Origin: a bacterium
GTDB lineage: Bacteria; Zhuqueibacterota; Zhuqueibacteria; Residuimicrobiales; Krinioviventaceae
Direction of reading: 5' to 3'
DNA: 64,000 bases
NCBI GenBank assembly: GCA_963675755.2
Contig: CAXXMD010000003.1
Coordinates: 3,424,001-3,488,000 of the forward strand
Of this stretch, positions 30,142-41,302 are shown piece after piece (positions within the stretch are counted from its first letter, which is position 1; the number at the start of each line of letters is the position of its first letter). The notes below the pieces were generated by a model. That model did no database searches, was not told the DNA's origin, and saw only the letters and a list, made by a program, of their open reading frames with translations. The position numbers and the translations under genes were made by a program.

Positions 30142-31659
30142 ATGAAGAAAACTTTAATGTTTTTGCTGGTTCTTTTTTTTCATGTAAACAGCTTTACGCA
30201 AACAAAAAATGAACTCCCCTATACAGCAGATTTGGGCAATGGAATGTATCAAAATCCCATATTGGCGGGCGATTATGCTGATCCTTCAATTTTAAGAGAT
30301 GGTGATGACTTTTACTTGACCCATTCATCGTTCTATTACTGTCCCGGATTGATGGTGTGGCATTCAAAAGATTTGGTGAACTGGCAGCCCATTGGGCATG
30401 CGTTGCGCCAATATCTGGGATCGGTATGGGCACCGGAATTGATCAAGCACAAGGATAAATACTATATCTATTTCCCCATTCAAGGTACCAATTATGTGGT
30501 TACTGCAGATTCCCCGGCTGGTCCCTGGAGTGATCCGGTTGAGATTAAGGTCGAAAAAATCGATCCCGGGCATGTTGTAGGCCCGGATGGCACCCGCTAT
30601 CTCTATTTTTCAGGCGGTTATTATGTAGAGCTGTCTGATGACGGTTTGTCTGCTGTCAGCGAGATGAAGCAGGTTTATGAGGGATGGCCTATTCCTCAGG
30701 AGTGGCTGATACAGTGCATGTGCCTGGAATCTCCCAAGATTATTTATCATGATGGATATTATCATCTTATTGTTGCCCAGGGAGGGACCGCGGGGCCGCC
30801 AACCGCACATATGGTGGTAACTGCCCGTTCCAAATCTCCCACAGGCCCGTGGGAAAACTCGCCTTATAATCCTATTGTGCACACCTGGAGCAGTAGTGAA
30901 AAATGGTGGGCAAAAGGACATGGTTCTATGGTGCAGGACCTGGATGACAAGTGGTGGATTGTTTACCATGGTTATGAAAATGGATATTATACGCTGGGGC
31001 GACAAATACTGATGGAACCCATTGAATGGACTGCGGATGGATGGCCGCGGGTACCTGCAACGATCCGGACTGATTTGCCTATTCAAAAGCCCGCGGGTTT
31101 GGAATCTCATCCGACTTTAACATTGTCCGATGATTTTTCCAATCAATCCCTGGGGTATCAATGGACTTTTTTTAAAGCCTGGGAACCGGACCGGTTTCGT
31201 ATCAAAAATGGCTCACTGTTTCTGGATGCGCGCGGAAACAGTCCCAAAGACAGTTCTCCCATGCTGTGTATGCCGGCGCATCATTCTTATGAAGCGCAGG
31301 TAGAGTTTGAGATTACCGGTGAGGCATCTGCAGGTTTGTTATTATTCTATAGTGAAAAAGCATACGCGGGAATTGCTACTGATGGACAAAAGATCAGTCA
31401 ATATCGTCGTGCTGTTAAGGGTAACGCCGGACAATGGCCCTATGGAAAGCATGGATTCCTCAAGCTGGTGAATAACACGCATACGGTTGCATTTTATTAC
31501 AGTCAGGACGGTAAAGTATGGAAAAAGCTGGACCGTTCTATTCAAACTGACAGCTATCATCATAATGCTTTTGGTGACTTTTTGGCGTTACGGATTGGGC
31601 TGGTATCCATGGGGAGTGGAACAGTACGTTTTGATAATTTTAAATATTACGGTTATTAA
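30142..31659 (+). CDS. GH43 glycoside hydrolase (beta-xylosidase-like) with C-terminal beta-sandwich
   Basis: NPILAGDYADPSILR, HSKDLVNW, WAP, IDP, LESPK, GPWENSPYNP. Confidence 0.93.
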   Translation: MKKTLMFLLVLFFHVNSFTQTKNELPYTADLGNGMYQNPILAGDYADPSILRDGDDFYLTHSSFYYCPGLMVWHSKDLVNWQPIGHALRQYLGSVWAPELIKHKDKYYIYFPIQGTNYVVTADSPAGPWSDPVEIKVEKIDPGHVVGPDGTRYLYFSGGYYVELSDDGLSAVSEMKQVYEGWPIPQEWLIQCMCLESPKIIYHDGYYHLIVAQGGTAGPPTAHMVVTARSKSPTGPWENSPYNPIVHTWSSSEKWWAKGHGSMVQDLDDKWWIVYHGYENGYYTLGRQILMEPIEWTADGWPRVPATIRTDLPIQKPAGLESHPTLTLSDDFSNQSLGYQWTFFKAWEPDRFRIKNGSLFLDARGNSPKDSSPMLCMPAHHSYEAQVEFEITGEASAGLLLFYSEKAYAGIATDGQKISQYRRAVKGNAGQWPYGKHGFLKLVNNTHTVAFYYSQDGKVWKKLDRSIQTDSYHHNAFGDFLALRIGLVSMGSGTVRFDNFKYYGY

Positions 31660-31680
31660 TCTTTTTTCAATACTAGAGGA

Positions 31681-32643
31681 TTGTTGGTAATGAAACATGT
31701 CATCATAGGCATTCACGGATTGGGAAACAAACCACCAAAGCCGGTTTTGAAAAAATGGTGGAAATTGTCCATGCGAGAGGGCTTGATCAAAGCGGGAAGA
31801 GAACGGCTGTTCATTCCCTTTGAACTGGTTTATTGGGCGGATTTGCTGCATGAAAAACCGCTTGAAATAAAAATGACAACCCACCAAAATCCATTGTTAG
31901 ACAGGGAGCCATACCTGCCGGGAACCATGCTGGCAGCGGAACCGCAGGCCAAACCCTCCTGGCTGCTGGGATTTATAGAGAACCAACTGGACAAGATTTT
32001 TCTGAATGATGACATGAGTCTCAACCTAAGAGGTGTGACAGACAAGATCATTCACAAATATTTTAAAGATTTAGAATCTTATTATACCGAATCCCGGTTG
32101 ACGCTGGATGAGCAGGAAACAATCAAAACCGCAATCCAGAATCGATTGTTCAAGGTGTTGCACAAGTACAGGCACTATAAAATTTTATTGATTGCGCATT
32201 CCATGGGATCCATAGTAGCATATGATGTCCTGAGTCCGCAGGAACAGCCCATGGTGCATTCAATGGTGACCATTGGTTCTCCATTGGGACTACCGGTCAT
32301 TGTAGGACGTATCCTGGCTGAACAAAAAGAGCGTGGTAATGATCTCGATAAACCCCGGGTGCCGGAAAGTATACGGGATACATGGGTAAACATGTCCGAT
32401 TATCGGGATAAGGTCGCACTGGACCATACGTTGGCAGACGACTATGAGAAAAACAGTCGGGGACTCTTGGTTGAGGACAAGTTTGTATATAATGATTACA
32501 GCGTGGATGGAGAAGCCAATCCTCACAAAGCCTATGGCTACCTGCGCACCAAAGAAATGACAGAGAGCATTGATACATTTCTACCGGACAGGATTTGGGA
32601 CAAGGTGTATCGGGCGGTGAGAGAGAAAAGAAGAAAGAATTAA
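31681..32643 (+). CDS. Alpha/beta-fold hydrolase-like protein
   Basis: IGIHGLGNK, IAHSMGS, TIGSPLG, NPHKAYGYL. Confidence 0.8.
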   Translation: MLVMKHVIIGIHGLGNKPPKPVLKKWWKLSMREGLIKAGRERLFIPFELVYWADLLHEKPLEIKMTTHQNPLLDREPYLPGTMLAAEPQAKPSWLLGFIENQLDKIFLNDDMSLNLRGVTDKIIHKYFKDLESYYTESRLTLDEQETIKTAIQNRLFKVLHKYRHYKILLIAHSMGSIVAYDVLSPQEQPMVHSMVTIGSPLGLPVIVGRILAEQKERGNDLDKPRVPESIRDTWVNMSDYRDKVALDHTLADDYEKNSRGLLVEDKFVYNDYSVDGEANPHKAYGYLRTKEMTESIDTFLPDRIWDKVYRAVREKRRKN

Positions 32644-32700
32644 CTTGATCAGAATACATGTTATTGTGTTAATTATCTTTTAATTTTGATATATTGAATT

Positions 32701-33372
32701 ATGAAAATAAAATTTTACATTTTTTATTTGTTTCTATTTTCAATTGTGATTGGTTGCAGCAATCTCAAACCATCATTCAAACTTGAGCCGGGGGATCTGT
32801 TGTTTCAGGATCTGGATGGCAGTCCTTTTTATGATGCTATTGAAAAAGTAACGCAGGGATATAAAGGCGCAAAATTCGCCCACATCGGGATAATTGTGGA
32901 TGGTTCTGACGGTGAACCGGTGGTACTTGAGGCTATTGGGCGGGGAGTTTACACCACACCGGTGGATACGTTTCTGGCGCGTAGTCATGACAATAATAAC
33001 CATCCCAAAGTGATTGTGGGGAGGTTAAAACCGCAATACCGTCACCTTATTGAACCAGCGCTGGAACGATTGAATGGGTACCTGGGTAAATCCTATGATC
33101 ATATATTTGATATCAAAAATGACTCTTATTATTGCTCAGAACTGGTTTATCTTTCCTATCTGGATGAATCAGGCGAATCCCTGTTTAAACTGTATCCCAT
33201 GACCTTTATCGACCCCGATACGCGTGAGACCTTTCCAGCCTGGGTGGACTATTATCAGGATTTGGGTGTAAACATTCCCGAGGGTGAACCGGGACTGAAC
33301 CCCGGCGGTATTTCACGCTCCCCGGTATTGGATATTGTCCACATGTATGGCAATCCGGATGGAATGAAATAA
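32701..33372 (+). CDS. YiiX/YebB-like permuted NlpC/P60 cysteine hydrolase lipoprotein
   Basis: Lipobox VIGC; GDLLFQ, FAHIGI, VLEA, GKSYD, YYCSELV. Confidence 0.9.
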   Translation: MKIKFYIFYLFLFSIVIGCSNLKPSFKLEPGDLLFQDLDGSPFYDAIEKVTQGYKGAKFAHIGIIVDGSDGEPVVLEAIGRGVYTTPVDTFLARSHDNNNHPKVIVGRLKPQYRHLIEPALERLNGYLGKSYDHIFDIKNDSYYCSELVYLSYLDESGESLFKLYPMTFIDPDTRETFPAWVDYYQDLGVNIPEGEPGLNPGGISRSPVLDIVHMYGNPDGMK

Positions 33373-33476
33373 TAATCTGTTCTGCAATCGTAATTAAATG
33401 ATGTAATTTTTATAATAATCAGGGTGTGATTATCTATCCAATCATGTACAGAATCGTTTAAAAAAGGGGTAATACA

Positions 33477-35444
33477 ATGAAACGGTTTATGTTAATATTA
33501 TTGGCTTTTCTTTCAACTGTTACTTTGGCAAAAGAAATTCAAACTGAATCTAAAGTGGTTTCTGCTACGGTCTTTCGTAACCGGGCAATGGTGGCCCGTA
33601 AGGCATCCGTCAATGTGAGCAAGGGGCAGAATACGGTCAAACTCTCCGAGATGACCAGTGATCTTTTGGATGAGACGGTACGTGTGTCTGTACAAGGGAA
33701 TTACAGGATTAAGATTCTGGATGTGAATGTGGAACGACAATTTACAACTGAAATCCAAAAAGAGCAAATCCGGGATATGCAGGCAAAAATCGATTCTTTG
33801 GAAGAATTGAAAAAAGTAGCATCGGACCAGCTTGCGATCCTTGAAAGTAAAAAGGTTTTTGTAGAGTCGTTAAAAGCAGAATCTGTCAAGATTGAAAACC
33901 AGAAAATGCTGTTGGAAAAATCCACAGTCCAGGACTGGTCCAACATGCTCGGTTTTGTAGATACCAATTTGAATGCTATTTACAAAGATGTGCGCAAGCA
34001 AAATCAACGCATCAAAGAACTGGATGAAGAAATCACCGCCATTCAACGGAACATGCGCCAAACCCAGCGGGATGAGGCCAAAGATTACAAGGAAATCTTT
34101 ATAGAATTGGATGCAGACAGAGCGGCCTCTATTGTTTTGGAAATATCATATATTACCCAAAGCGCGAGCTGGTATCCCACATATGATGCTAGAGTAGATA
34201 TTGATGATCAAACCATTGAGCTGTCTTATTACGCCATGGTACAACAATCCACCGGAGAGGACTGGCAGGATGTTGATCTGGTATTTTCAACTGCTGAACC
34301 CTTGTCTGTGAAATCTATCCCTGAACTGCAACGCTGGTATTTGAATACACGTACCCCGGCCCTGAGACGATCAAGACCCAGTGCTCCCAGTTCTCCCAGT
34401 GTGAGCTATCCGCGTATCAATGTGGATTATACTCCAAATTTTGGTTTGGCTAACGGCATTGGCGCCATATCCGGATACGTCAGATCGGCAACAAGCAGAG
34501 AACCTTTGCCAGGAACAAATATTACCTTGCAAGGATCCGGATTAGGATCTGCTACAGATTTGAATGGCAACTTTTTTATTGCAAATGTTCCTGCTGGGAA
34601 TTATCAACTTTATGTTAATTTGATTGGCTATGGGCGACAAGTCATAAGAGTAGATGTTCTTGCAAAACAAACAGCAAAGTTGAATATAGCCCTTGAAGAA
34701 CAGGCCCTTGAAGGTGAAGAAGTAATGGTCATGGCAGAAAGCGATATGCTTTTAGATCAGGCCAAAACTGTAGGTTCTGGCTCTGTCAAAAAGGAAAAAG
34801 CTGTATACACTCAGGTTGAACAAAGTGAGCTGGCAACCACATTCAAAGTTCCGGTTAAAAGTTCTGTGCCGGGTGATAATAACACCCATAAAGTGACACT
34901 TGCTATAGATGAACTGCCCGTATCATTTGATTATACCAGCATCCCCAAAAAAGTACCTGCAGTATTTCTCAAAGGCAAAGCCGCTAATACAAATGACTAC
35001 CCATTATTGGAAGGCAATATCAACGTATTTGTAGATAACGAGTTTGTAAATAAAACCTATTTAAAGAATATAGTGCCTACGGACACATTGGAACTGACAC
35101 TGGGCGTAGACAATCATATAACTGTAGAAAAGAACCTGATAAACAAGTTTACCGAAAACAAGGGTCTCATCAAAGGCAGTAGAAAAATTACCTATGAATA
35201 CGAGATTGTTCTTAAAAATAACCGCAAGACAGAAAAGACTATTAGCTTGTACGATCAATTGCCAATCCCCATGGATGAAAAGATAAAGGTTGAACTGATA
35301 GAACCGGATAAGGACATCAAGGAACTGGGTAATGATCGAAAACTGGACTGGACATTGAAAATTAATGCGGGTGAAGAAAAGAAAATTCCTTTAAAATATG
35401 TGGTTGAATTTCCACAAAATCTGTCTGTATATGGATTGGAATAA
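33477..35444 (+). CDS. Mucoidy inhibitor MuiA-like protein (DUF4140/DUF4139) with inserted carboxypeptidase-like regulatory domain
   Basis: ATVFRNRAMV, ASWYPTYDAR, QSTGEDW; EPLPGTNI...GSATDLNGNF insert. Confidence 0.88.
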   Translation: MKRFMLILLAFLSTVTLAKEIQTESKVVSATVFRNRAMVARKASVNVSKGQNTVKLSEMTSDLLDETVRVSVQGNYRIKILDVNVERQFTTEIQKEQIRDMQAKIDSLEELKKVASDQLAILESKKVFVESLKAESVKIENQKMLLEKSTVQDWSNMLGFVDTNLNAIYKDVRKQNQRIKELDEEITAIQRNMRQTQRDEAKDYKEIFIELDADRAASIVLEISYITQSASWYPTYDARVDIDDQTIELSYYAMVQQSTGEDWQDVDLVFSTAEPLSVKSIPELQRWYLNTRTPALRRSRPSAPSSPSVSYPRINVDYTPNFGLANGIGAISGYVRSATSREPLPGTNITLQGSGLGSATDLNGNFFIANVPAGNYQLYVNLIGYGRQVIRVDVLAKQTAKLNIALEEQALEGEEVMVMAESDMLLDQAKTVGSGSVKKEKAVYTQVEQSELATTFKVPVKSSVPGDNNTHKVTLAIDELPVSFDYTSIPKKVPAVFLKGKAANTNDYPLLEGNINVFVDNEFVNKTYLKNIVPTDTLELTLGVDNHITVEKNLINKFTENKGLIKGSRKITYEYEIVLKNNRKTEKTISLYDQLPIPMDEKIKVELIEPDKDIKELGNDRKLDWTLKINAGEEKKIPLKYVVEFPQNLSVYGLE

Positions 35445-35527
35445 CGTGATTCATGGGTAATACGCTTGTGGGAATCATACAGGATTTGTATATTACACGA
35501 GTAAGTAAAGTTGTATTGGAGGTCGTT

Positions 35528-37138
35528 GTGAAAAGATTATATGTATTGCCCTTGATTTTATTTTTATTCTTGAATTGCAGCAAACCCAAACTAACGTTGG
35601 ATGAAATGCTGCCTACCAAAGATGAGGTAGGAGCCGCAGTTATGCCGGCTGAGATTGCTCCTATAAACGCACCGTTTGACATGTCTGCGGTCAAACGTCC
35701 GGTATTTCCGGATCGCAGTTACAATATTACGGACTTTGGAGCTGTAGAGGGAGGAGAAACTCTTTGCCGGGATGCCATTCAGGCTGCTATTGACAAGGCC
35801 TGCGCGGATGGCGGTGGCAAGGTAATCGTTCCGGCGGGTAAATGGCTGACCGGACGTATTGAATTGAAATCCAATGTAAACCTGGAATTGGCAGAGGGTG
35901 CAGAGTTGCATTTTAGCGGAGAGATAAAAGATTACCTGCCGCCGGTATTTTGCCGTTCAGAAGGGCTGGAGGTTTACAGCCTGGGTGCGTTTATTTACGC
36001 GTACAAACAGGAAAATATAGCCATCACTGGAAAAGGTACATTGATAGGACCGGATGTAGGGCCTGCCCGTGAAAGTGTATTGAAAACCGTATCAGATAAA
36101 ATTGTATCCGTAGATACGCCGGTTAAAGATCGTATTTATGATGGTACTCACGATCCGGTTTACTTTCGGCCCTATTCAATCAGTCCTGTTGAATGCATGG
36201 GCGTTTTGGTTGAAGGTGTAACAATCGTTAATGGCGCGTTCTGGAATGTTGTACCGGTATATTGTGACAATGTGATTGTACGTGGTGTTCAGATCGAGAG
36301 TGTTGGAGTCGTAAATGGGGATGGTGTTAATATCGAATCCAGCCGAAATGTGTTGGTGGAATATTGTACCGTTCGTACAGGTGATGATAGCTATTGCTGT
36401 AAAGCCGGCAGAAACGAAGACGGTATTCGTACCAACCGTCCCGTTGAAAACGTGGTTTTCCGTAACCTGCTAACGTTGGGTGGTCATGGCGGTATTACCT
36501 TTGGCAGTGAGACAGCAGGACAAATACGAAATGTATATGTACATGATTGTGTCTTTGACCGTAATGACATGGGCATTCGCTTTAAAACCCGCAGACCCCG
36601 CGGCGGTGGAGGTGAGTTCCTGACCATTGAAAATATTCGTATGGATGTGAAAAAGAATGCCATAGAATGGGATATGCTGGGGCTTGCCATGTGGGTGGGC
36701 GAACTAGCCGAGCGGTTACCTTTGCGTCCTACAACACCGTTGACGCCATATTATCGTAATATCACAATTCGGAATGTGCTGGGAAAAACAGGCAGACATT
36801 GCATACAGATGGAGGGACTGCCCGAAAGTACGGCAAAAGATGTGCTCATTGAGAATATTCAATTGGAATGCCTGCGTGGAATTACACTCACAGATGGTGA
36901 GAAGATAGAACTTAAAAATATTGATATTTCGTTTACAGAAGAACCCGTATTTAATGTGCGTGACAGTTGGAACATAACAACAGAAAATGTTAAGATGAAA
37001 ACACCACTCGAACCCACAGTTAAAATCTTTGGTGAGCGCTGTGCAAATATCAATCTGGATGGATTGATAATAAACGACGGCCAAAAGCCAAAGCTCGTTG
37101 CCGAAGAACAGGCTGATCCGGCAACTGTTAAATTTTAG
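35528..37138 (+). CDS. GH28 glycoside hydrolase (polygalacturonase-like) lipoprotein
   Basis: GTG start after GGAGG; lipobox FLNC; ITDFGA, NGDG, GDD, GHGG, RFK motifs. Confidence 0.92.
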   Translation: MKRLYVLPLILFLFLNCSKPKLTLDEMLPTKDEVGAAVMPAEIAPINAPFDMSAVKRPVFPDRSYNITDFGAVEGGETLCRDAIQAAIDKACADGGGKVIVPAGKWLTGRIELKSNVNLELAEGAELHFSGEIKDYLPPVFCRSEGLEVYSLGAFIYAYKQENIAITGKGTLIGPDVGPARESVLKTVSDKIVSVDTPVKDRIYDGTHDPVYFRPYSISPVECMGVLVEGVTIVNGAFWNVVPVYCDNVIVRGVQIESVGVVNGDGVNIESSRNVLVEYCTVRTGDDSYCCKAGRNEDGIRTNRPVENVVFRNLLTLGGHGGITFGSETAGQIRNVYVHDCVFDRNDMGIRFKTRRPRGGGGEFLTIENIRMDVKKNAIEWDMLGLAMWVGELAERLPLRPTTPLTPYYRNITIRNVLGKTGRHCIQMEGLPESTAKDVLIENIQLECLRGITLTDGEKIELKNIDISFTEEPVFNVRDSWNITTENVKMKTPLEPTVKIFGERCANINLDGLIINDGQKPKLVAEEQADPATVKF

Positions 37139-37196
37139 AAAAAATGTCATTCGGATACCGACTTGCTCGGTATCCGTTTTTATATATGAGGAAGCA

Positions 37197-37643
37197 ATGA
37201 AAGAAATTGCAGAGCAGTTGAATGAATTAATAACAGATGTAAAACCCCGCTTGATGCAAATGGATCCTGGAATGGTTAAAAATAAACCCAAACCTGAAAA
37301 ATGGTCAAAACAGGAAATATTGGGGCACTTGATCGATTCGGCTTCCAATAATCATCATCGTTTTGTGAGGGCCGGTTATGATGCGGTTAAAGACTTTCCT
37401 CCATACGATCCGGATAGCTGGGTCCAATTGCAGCAATATAATGAGATGCCATGGAACAATATGGTTGAATTGTTTTGTCTCTATAATTTGCATCTGGTTC
37501 ATGTTATGAATATTTTTCCCGTTGAAAAATTGGGCAGCTTGTGTTACTTTGTCGGTAAAGATAATCCGGTTACCATTGAATATGTCATTCACGATTACCT
37601 TCGTCATTTAGAACACCATCTGAACCAAATTCTGGATAAATAA
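37197..37643 (+). CDS. DinB-family protein
   Basis: KWSKQEILGHLIDSASNNHHRF, DYLRHLEHHLNQI; ATG at 37197 after GAGG. Confidence 0.9.
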   Translation: MKEIAEQLNELITDVKPRLMQMDPGMVKNKPKPEKWSKQEILGHLIDSASNNHHRFVRAGYDAVKDFPPYDPDSWVQLQQYNEMPWNNMVELFCLYNLHLVHVMNIFPVEKLGSLCYFVGKDNPVTIEYVIHDYLRHLEHHLNQILDK

Positions 37644-37647
37644 TACA

Positions 37648-38541
37648 ATGACTAAAGAACCAAGCGAGTTCATAAAACGGTACAGTGTGCTGCCTTCGGT
37701 ATTTCAAAATATGCTTATAAAGGCATTAACAATTGTCAAAGATGAAAGTGAAAGGCAGGTTATTTGTGAACTGGCTTGTGCAGTCTCTAATAAAGCCTGG
37801 CAGGATTGGATAGCAGATAGAAAACCGGAAGACAATCGCAAAGAACATGAGTGGATCGTGTTTTTGAATTTAATGCGTATTGCTGAAAGTGAAGGATTGT
37901 CTCTTTCAGAAAAGCGTATTGCAACCGCATTCGCGTTTACCCATGATTCCTATTTTATCAAGCGGATCATGGAAGCCACCATTGAAAAGATAAAAGAGGA
38001 TGCAAAGCGATTACTCGAAATAGATCCTGTGCAAACTCAACAATTGATGACAAAAGCAGAAATGCTGGAAAAGGATAAAGCAGATCAACGGAACCAGCAC
38101 ATGATTAAAGGTGCTGAAAACGCCAGGATACTGCTTTATGGTTTATTCGGTTTTGAAAATAATCGGGAATTGATGACAAATCAGGAAATTGATCGTTGTT
38201 GCGAAATTATCAGAAATCACGACAAGTGGAAAACAGGTGAACCATACCCACTCGGTAATGATACACTTGCCGTTGCATGTGTAGAGGCGGACGCCCTCTG
38301 GCCCATGCATCCATTAGGAGTGCTTGCAGATATTGAACGACCTGATGAAAATGAGGAGGCACCAGATACTGATGATCCTAACAGTTGGCGGCAAAAGGTT
38401 GATGAAAGTTTGGGCACGCTTTTACGTTATCAGAAAAACTGGGATGGATTAGGGGAGTCTTTTCAAGACGCTGATTCCATATTCCGTACATCAGAAGGAT
38501 TTCGGATCTTTAATCAATGGAGAGGATTTTGGGGGATTTAA
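37648..38541 (+). CDS. Hypothetical protein, possibly HD-superfamily
   Basis: H...FTHD...H...NHD...EADAL spacing resembles HD phosphohydrolases. Confidence 0.6.
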   Translation: MTKEPSEFIKRYSVLPSVFQNMLIKALTIVKDESERQVICELACAVSNKAWQDWIADRKPEDNRKEHEWIVFLNLMRIAESEGLSLSEKRIATAFAFTHDSYFIKRIMEATIEKIKEDAKRLLEIDPVQTQQLMTKAEMLEKDKADQRNQHMIKGAENARILLYGLFGFENNRELMTNQEIDRCCEIIRNHDKWKTGEPYPLGNDTLAVACVEADALWPMHPLGVLADIERPDENEEAPDTDDPNSWRQKVDESLGTLLRYQKNWDGLGESFQDADSIFRTSEGFRIFNQWRGFWGI

Positions 38542-38789
38542 GGTAAAGTAGAGCGTTCATTGAAAAAGTTTTATATTTGAAATATTGTCGGTGTTTTTGT
38601 TTTTACTAAAAATTTTTTAAAAATTTAATTTATAGGTAATATTTGTTAAAAATTATTTTTTTCATACACTGTTTTATTTGAAAATATTTTTCTTGATTCT
38701 TAATAAATTCTGCTTTATACTATAAGTCGATAGGGAAGTTTTGGGTATCTTTTAGTAAAACTAGAAGTAAAAAAATAAAGTGGGACACC

Positions 38790-39902
38790 TTGGGGTTAGA
38801 TTTCAAAAACATAGACTTGGTGAGCAATCACGTTAGAGACGTACATGCGTTTTTTGCTCTAAACCGGGTAGCGGATTCTATACAAATTATGGATGAATTG
38901 GGGAAAAGTGTATTCCATAATGATTCATTTATCAATTTGTTTGGGTATACCGTTGATCAGTTGAACGAAGCTGGCGGTTTGTACGCTATCTTGAAAGATC
39001 CACAAATTGCCAATATTATTGTTAACGAGTTGGAAGTAAAACCCGGTTGGATGGGTAAAGTCCAAATATATACTTTAGCGGGGAATCTTGTTTCAGTTGT
39101 ATTACGGATTAATAAAGTAAAAACAGAACATCGTGAAAACCAGGGATACGTTTGTTTTTTCTCAAACAATCTATATCAGTATAATGTATATGCTGAAAAA
39201 GGCAAATATTACAGACACTTTGAAGAAGCAGAAAAGTTGGCAAGATTAGGGTATTTCTCTTCAGTTATATCTCATGAATTAAACAATCCTTTAAACATTA
39301 TCAATACAAAGATTTATTTTTTACAAAGAGAACTGGAATCGATCTCTAAAGAATCTGAAGTATGGGAGCATTTAACAAAGATAAAACAGCAACTCAAACG
39401 CTTAAAGAATTTAGCCACCAGTGTTTTGCAATATGCCAGACATGACGTGAAAAAAGATTATCTTGTAAATGTTAACCAGGTAATACAGCGAACTTTGGAA
39501 TTTTTTGATGATCAACTCACTGATGATATTGTTGTAGTAAATAGATTAGATAAATCCGTATCACTTGTACCTGCAGATTCTACTGGATTGGAGATTGTAT
39601 TCAAGAACCTGATTTCCAATGCAATTGAGGCTTTGGAAGAATCCGGTACAATCACAATATCCACTCGGAATGTAAATGAAAAATTTATTGAAATTACCAT
39701 TTCAGATTCCGGTAAAGGGATATCAGAAGATTTGCAGGAAAAAGTATTTGATCCTTTTTTTACAAGTAAAAGTAAAGAAGGGGGCTATGGACTGGGTCTC
39801 AGTATTTGTGAAAATATTATACATGAACACAATGGAATGATTAATCTAAGAAGCAGAATTGGCAGAGGAACAACTTTTGTCATACTATTACCCCGATTGT
39901 AG
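38790..39902 (+). CDS. Cytoplasmic PAS-domain sensor histidine kinase
   Basis: ISHELNNPL, NLISNAIEA, DSGKGI, FDPFFTSK, GYGLGL; no TM segment. Confidence 0.92.
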   Translation: MGLDFKNIDLVSNHVRDVHAFFALNRVADSIQIMDELGKSVFHNDSFINLFGYTVDQLNEAGGLYAILKDPQIANIIVNELEVKPGWMGKVQIYTLAGNLVSVVLRINKVKTEHRENQGYVCFFSNNLYQYNVYAEKGKYYRHFEEAEKLARLGYFSSVISHELNNPLNIINTKIYFLQRELESISKESEVWEHLTKIKQQLKRLKNLATSVLQYARHDVKKDYLVNVNQVIQRTLEFFDDQLTDDIVVVNRLDKSVSLVPADSTGLEIVFKNLISNAIEALEESGTITISTRNVNEKFIEITISDSGKGISEDLQEKVFDPFFTSKSKEGGYGLGLSICENIIHEHNGMINLRSRIGRGTTFVILLPRL

Positions 39903-39918
39903 TTAGGGATATATTTAT

Positions 39919-41295
39919 ATGTTCAAAGTACTGCTAGTTGACGATGAAATCGAGATTCTAAGAGATTACTCTCGTTTGATCATGGAGATGGGCTATCAAT
40001 GCATCATTGCCAGAAATGGTGAAGAGGCAATCGAGCTGTTGAAACAAGAACACCCGGATATAATTTTAACTGATCAGAAAATGCCCAAAAAGGGTGGAAT
40101 GTCTGTATTGCAGGAAGCATACGCGCTTGACAAATCCATACCGGTAATCATGATAACCGGTTATGGTTCTGTAAAGAATGCTGTAGATGCTATGAAGTAT
40201 GGTGCATTTGATTACCTGCAAAAACCTTTTGAGCCTGAAAAAATGCAGGAATTGTTGAAAAAGGCTGAAAAGTATCGTAAAGAAAAATTAAACATTCCAA
40301 TCGTTGAGCTGGACGGAGATTACAGTAAACCGCTTGAAGGAGTGATTGGGAAAAGCAAAGTTATTGCAGATATTACAAAGCGAGTATACAAAGTAGCGCC
40401 ATCTATTTCAAATGTATTAATATATGGGGAGTCGGGTACAGGTAAAGAATTGGTTGCCCGCAATATCCACTTGAACAGCAAACGTAAAGATCAGCCATTT
40501 ATTCCGCTGGATTGCAGCGCGCTCCCGGCGAATCTGTTGGAAAGTGAAATGTTTGGATATGAAAAAGGTGCATTTACAGGAGCAGACAGAGAAAAACCCG
40601 GGGTCATTGAGCTTGCGCATAAAGGCACCTTGTTTCTGGATGAGATAACAGAACTGGATGCCAGTTTACAATCAAAGTTGTTGCGTTTTATTCAGGAACG
40701 GCATTTCCGTAAAGTGGGTGGCCAAAAATTAGTCAAAGTTGATGTGCGGATCATTTCTGCTACAAATCGGAATCCTGAAGAAGCCGTAAAAGAGAAATTG
40801 TTACGTAGTGATCTTTATTATAGATTAAATGTAGTACCTTTCTTTATTCCCCCTTTGCGTGAGAGAAGCGAAGATGTTGCCATACTCGTTCAGCATTTCA
40901 TTGAAAAGTTTAATCCCTCATTTGCACGCGAGATTAAAGGTGTAAGCTCTGATGCCATGTTGTGCCTGAAGCGATTCAGCTGGCCGGGGAATGTGAGGGA
41001 ATTGCAGAATGTGATTGAACAAGCCATGTCTTTGGCGGATAAAAACATTATCGATTTATCAGACTTACCACCCCATGTACGAGAAAACCACAACAACTAT
41101 GTAGATCAGGTCCACCATGGACAAACATTCAAAGATGCAAAAGAGAAAATATTAAAGCAGTTTGGGAAAAAATACTTTCAGGATCTACTTGTTCAATGTG
41201 ACGGCAATATCTCAAAAACCGCCAAGATAGCAGGAATCAGTAGAAGTTCATTTTATCGAATACTTGATGAATTTGATATAAAACTGCCCGATTAA
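39919..41295 (+). CDS. Sigma54-dependent NtrC/AtoC-family response regulator
   Basis: Receiver domain; GESGTGKE, GAFTGA, LFLDEI, WPGNVREL; Fis-type HTH. Confidence 0.96.
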   Translation: MFKVLLVDDEIEILRDYSRLIMEMGYQCIIARNGEEAIELLKQEHPDIILTDQKMPKKGGMSVLQEAYALDKSIPVIMITGYGSVKNAVDAMKYGAFDYLQKPFEPEKMQELLKKAEKYRKEKLNIPIVELDGDYSKPLEGVIGKSKVIADITKRVYKVAPSISNVLIYGESGTGKELVARNIHLNSKRKDQPFIPLDCSALPANLLESEMFGYEKGAFTGADREKPGVIELAHKGTLFLDEITELDASLQSKLLRFIQERHFRKVGGQKLVKVDVRIISATNRNPEEAVKEKLLRSDLYYRLNVVPFFIPPLRERSEDVAILVQHFIEKFNPSFAREIKGVSSDAMLCLKRFSWPGNVRELQNVIEQAMSLADKNIIDLSDLPPHVRENHNNYVDQVHHGQTFKDAKEKILKQFGKKYFQDLLVQCDGNISKTAKIAGISRSSFYRILDEFDIKLPD

Positions 41296-41302
41296 TATTG
41301 AT

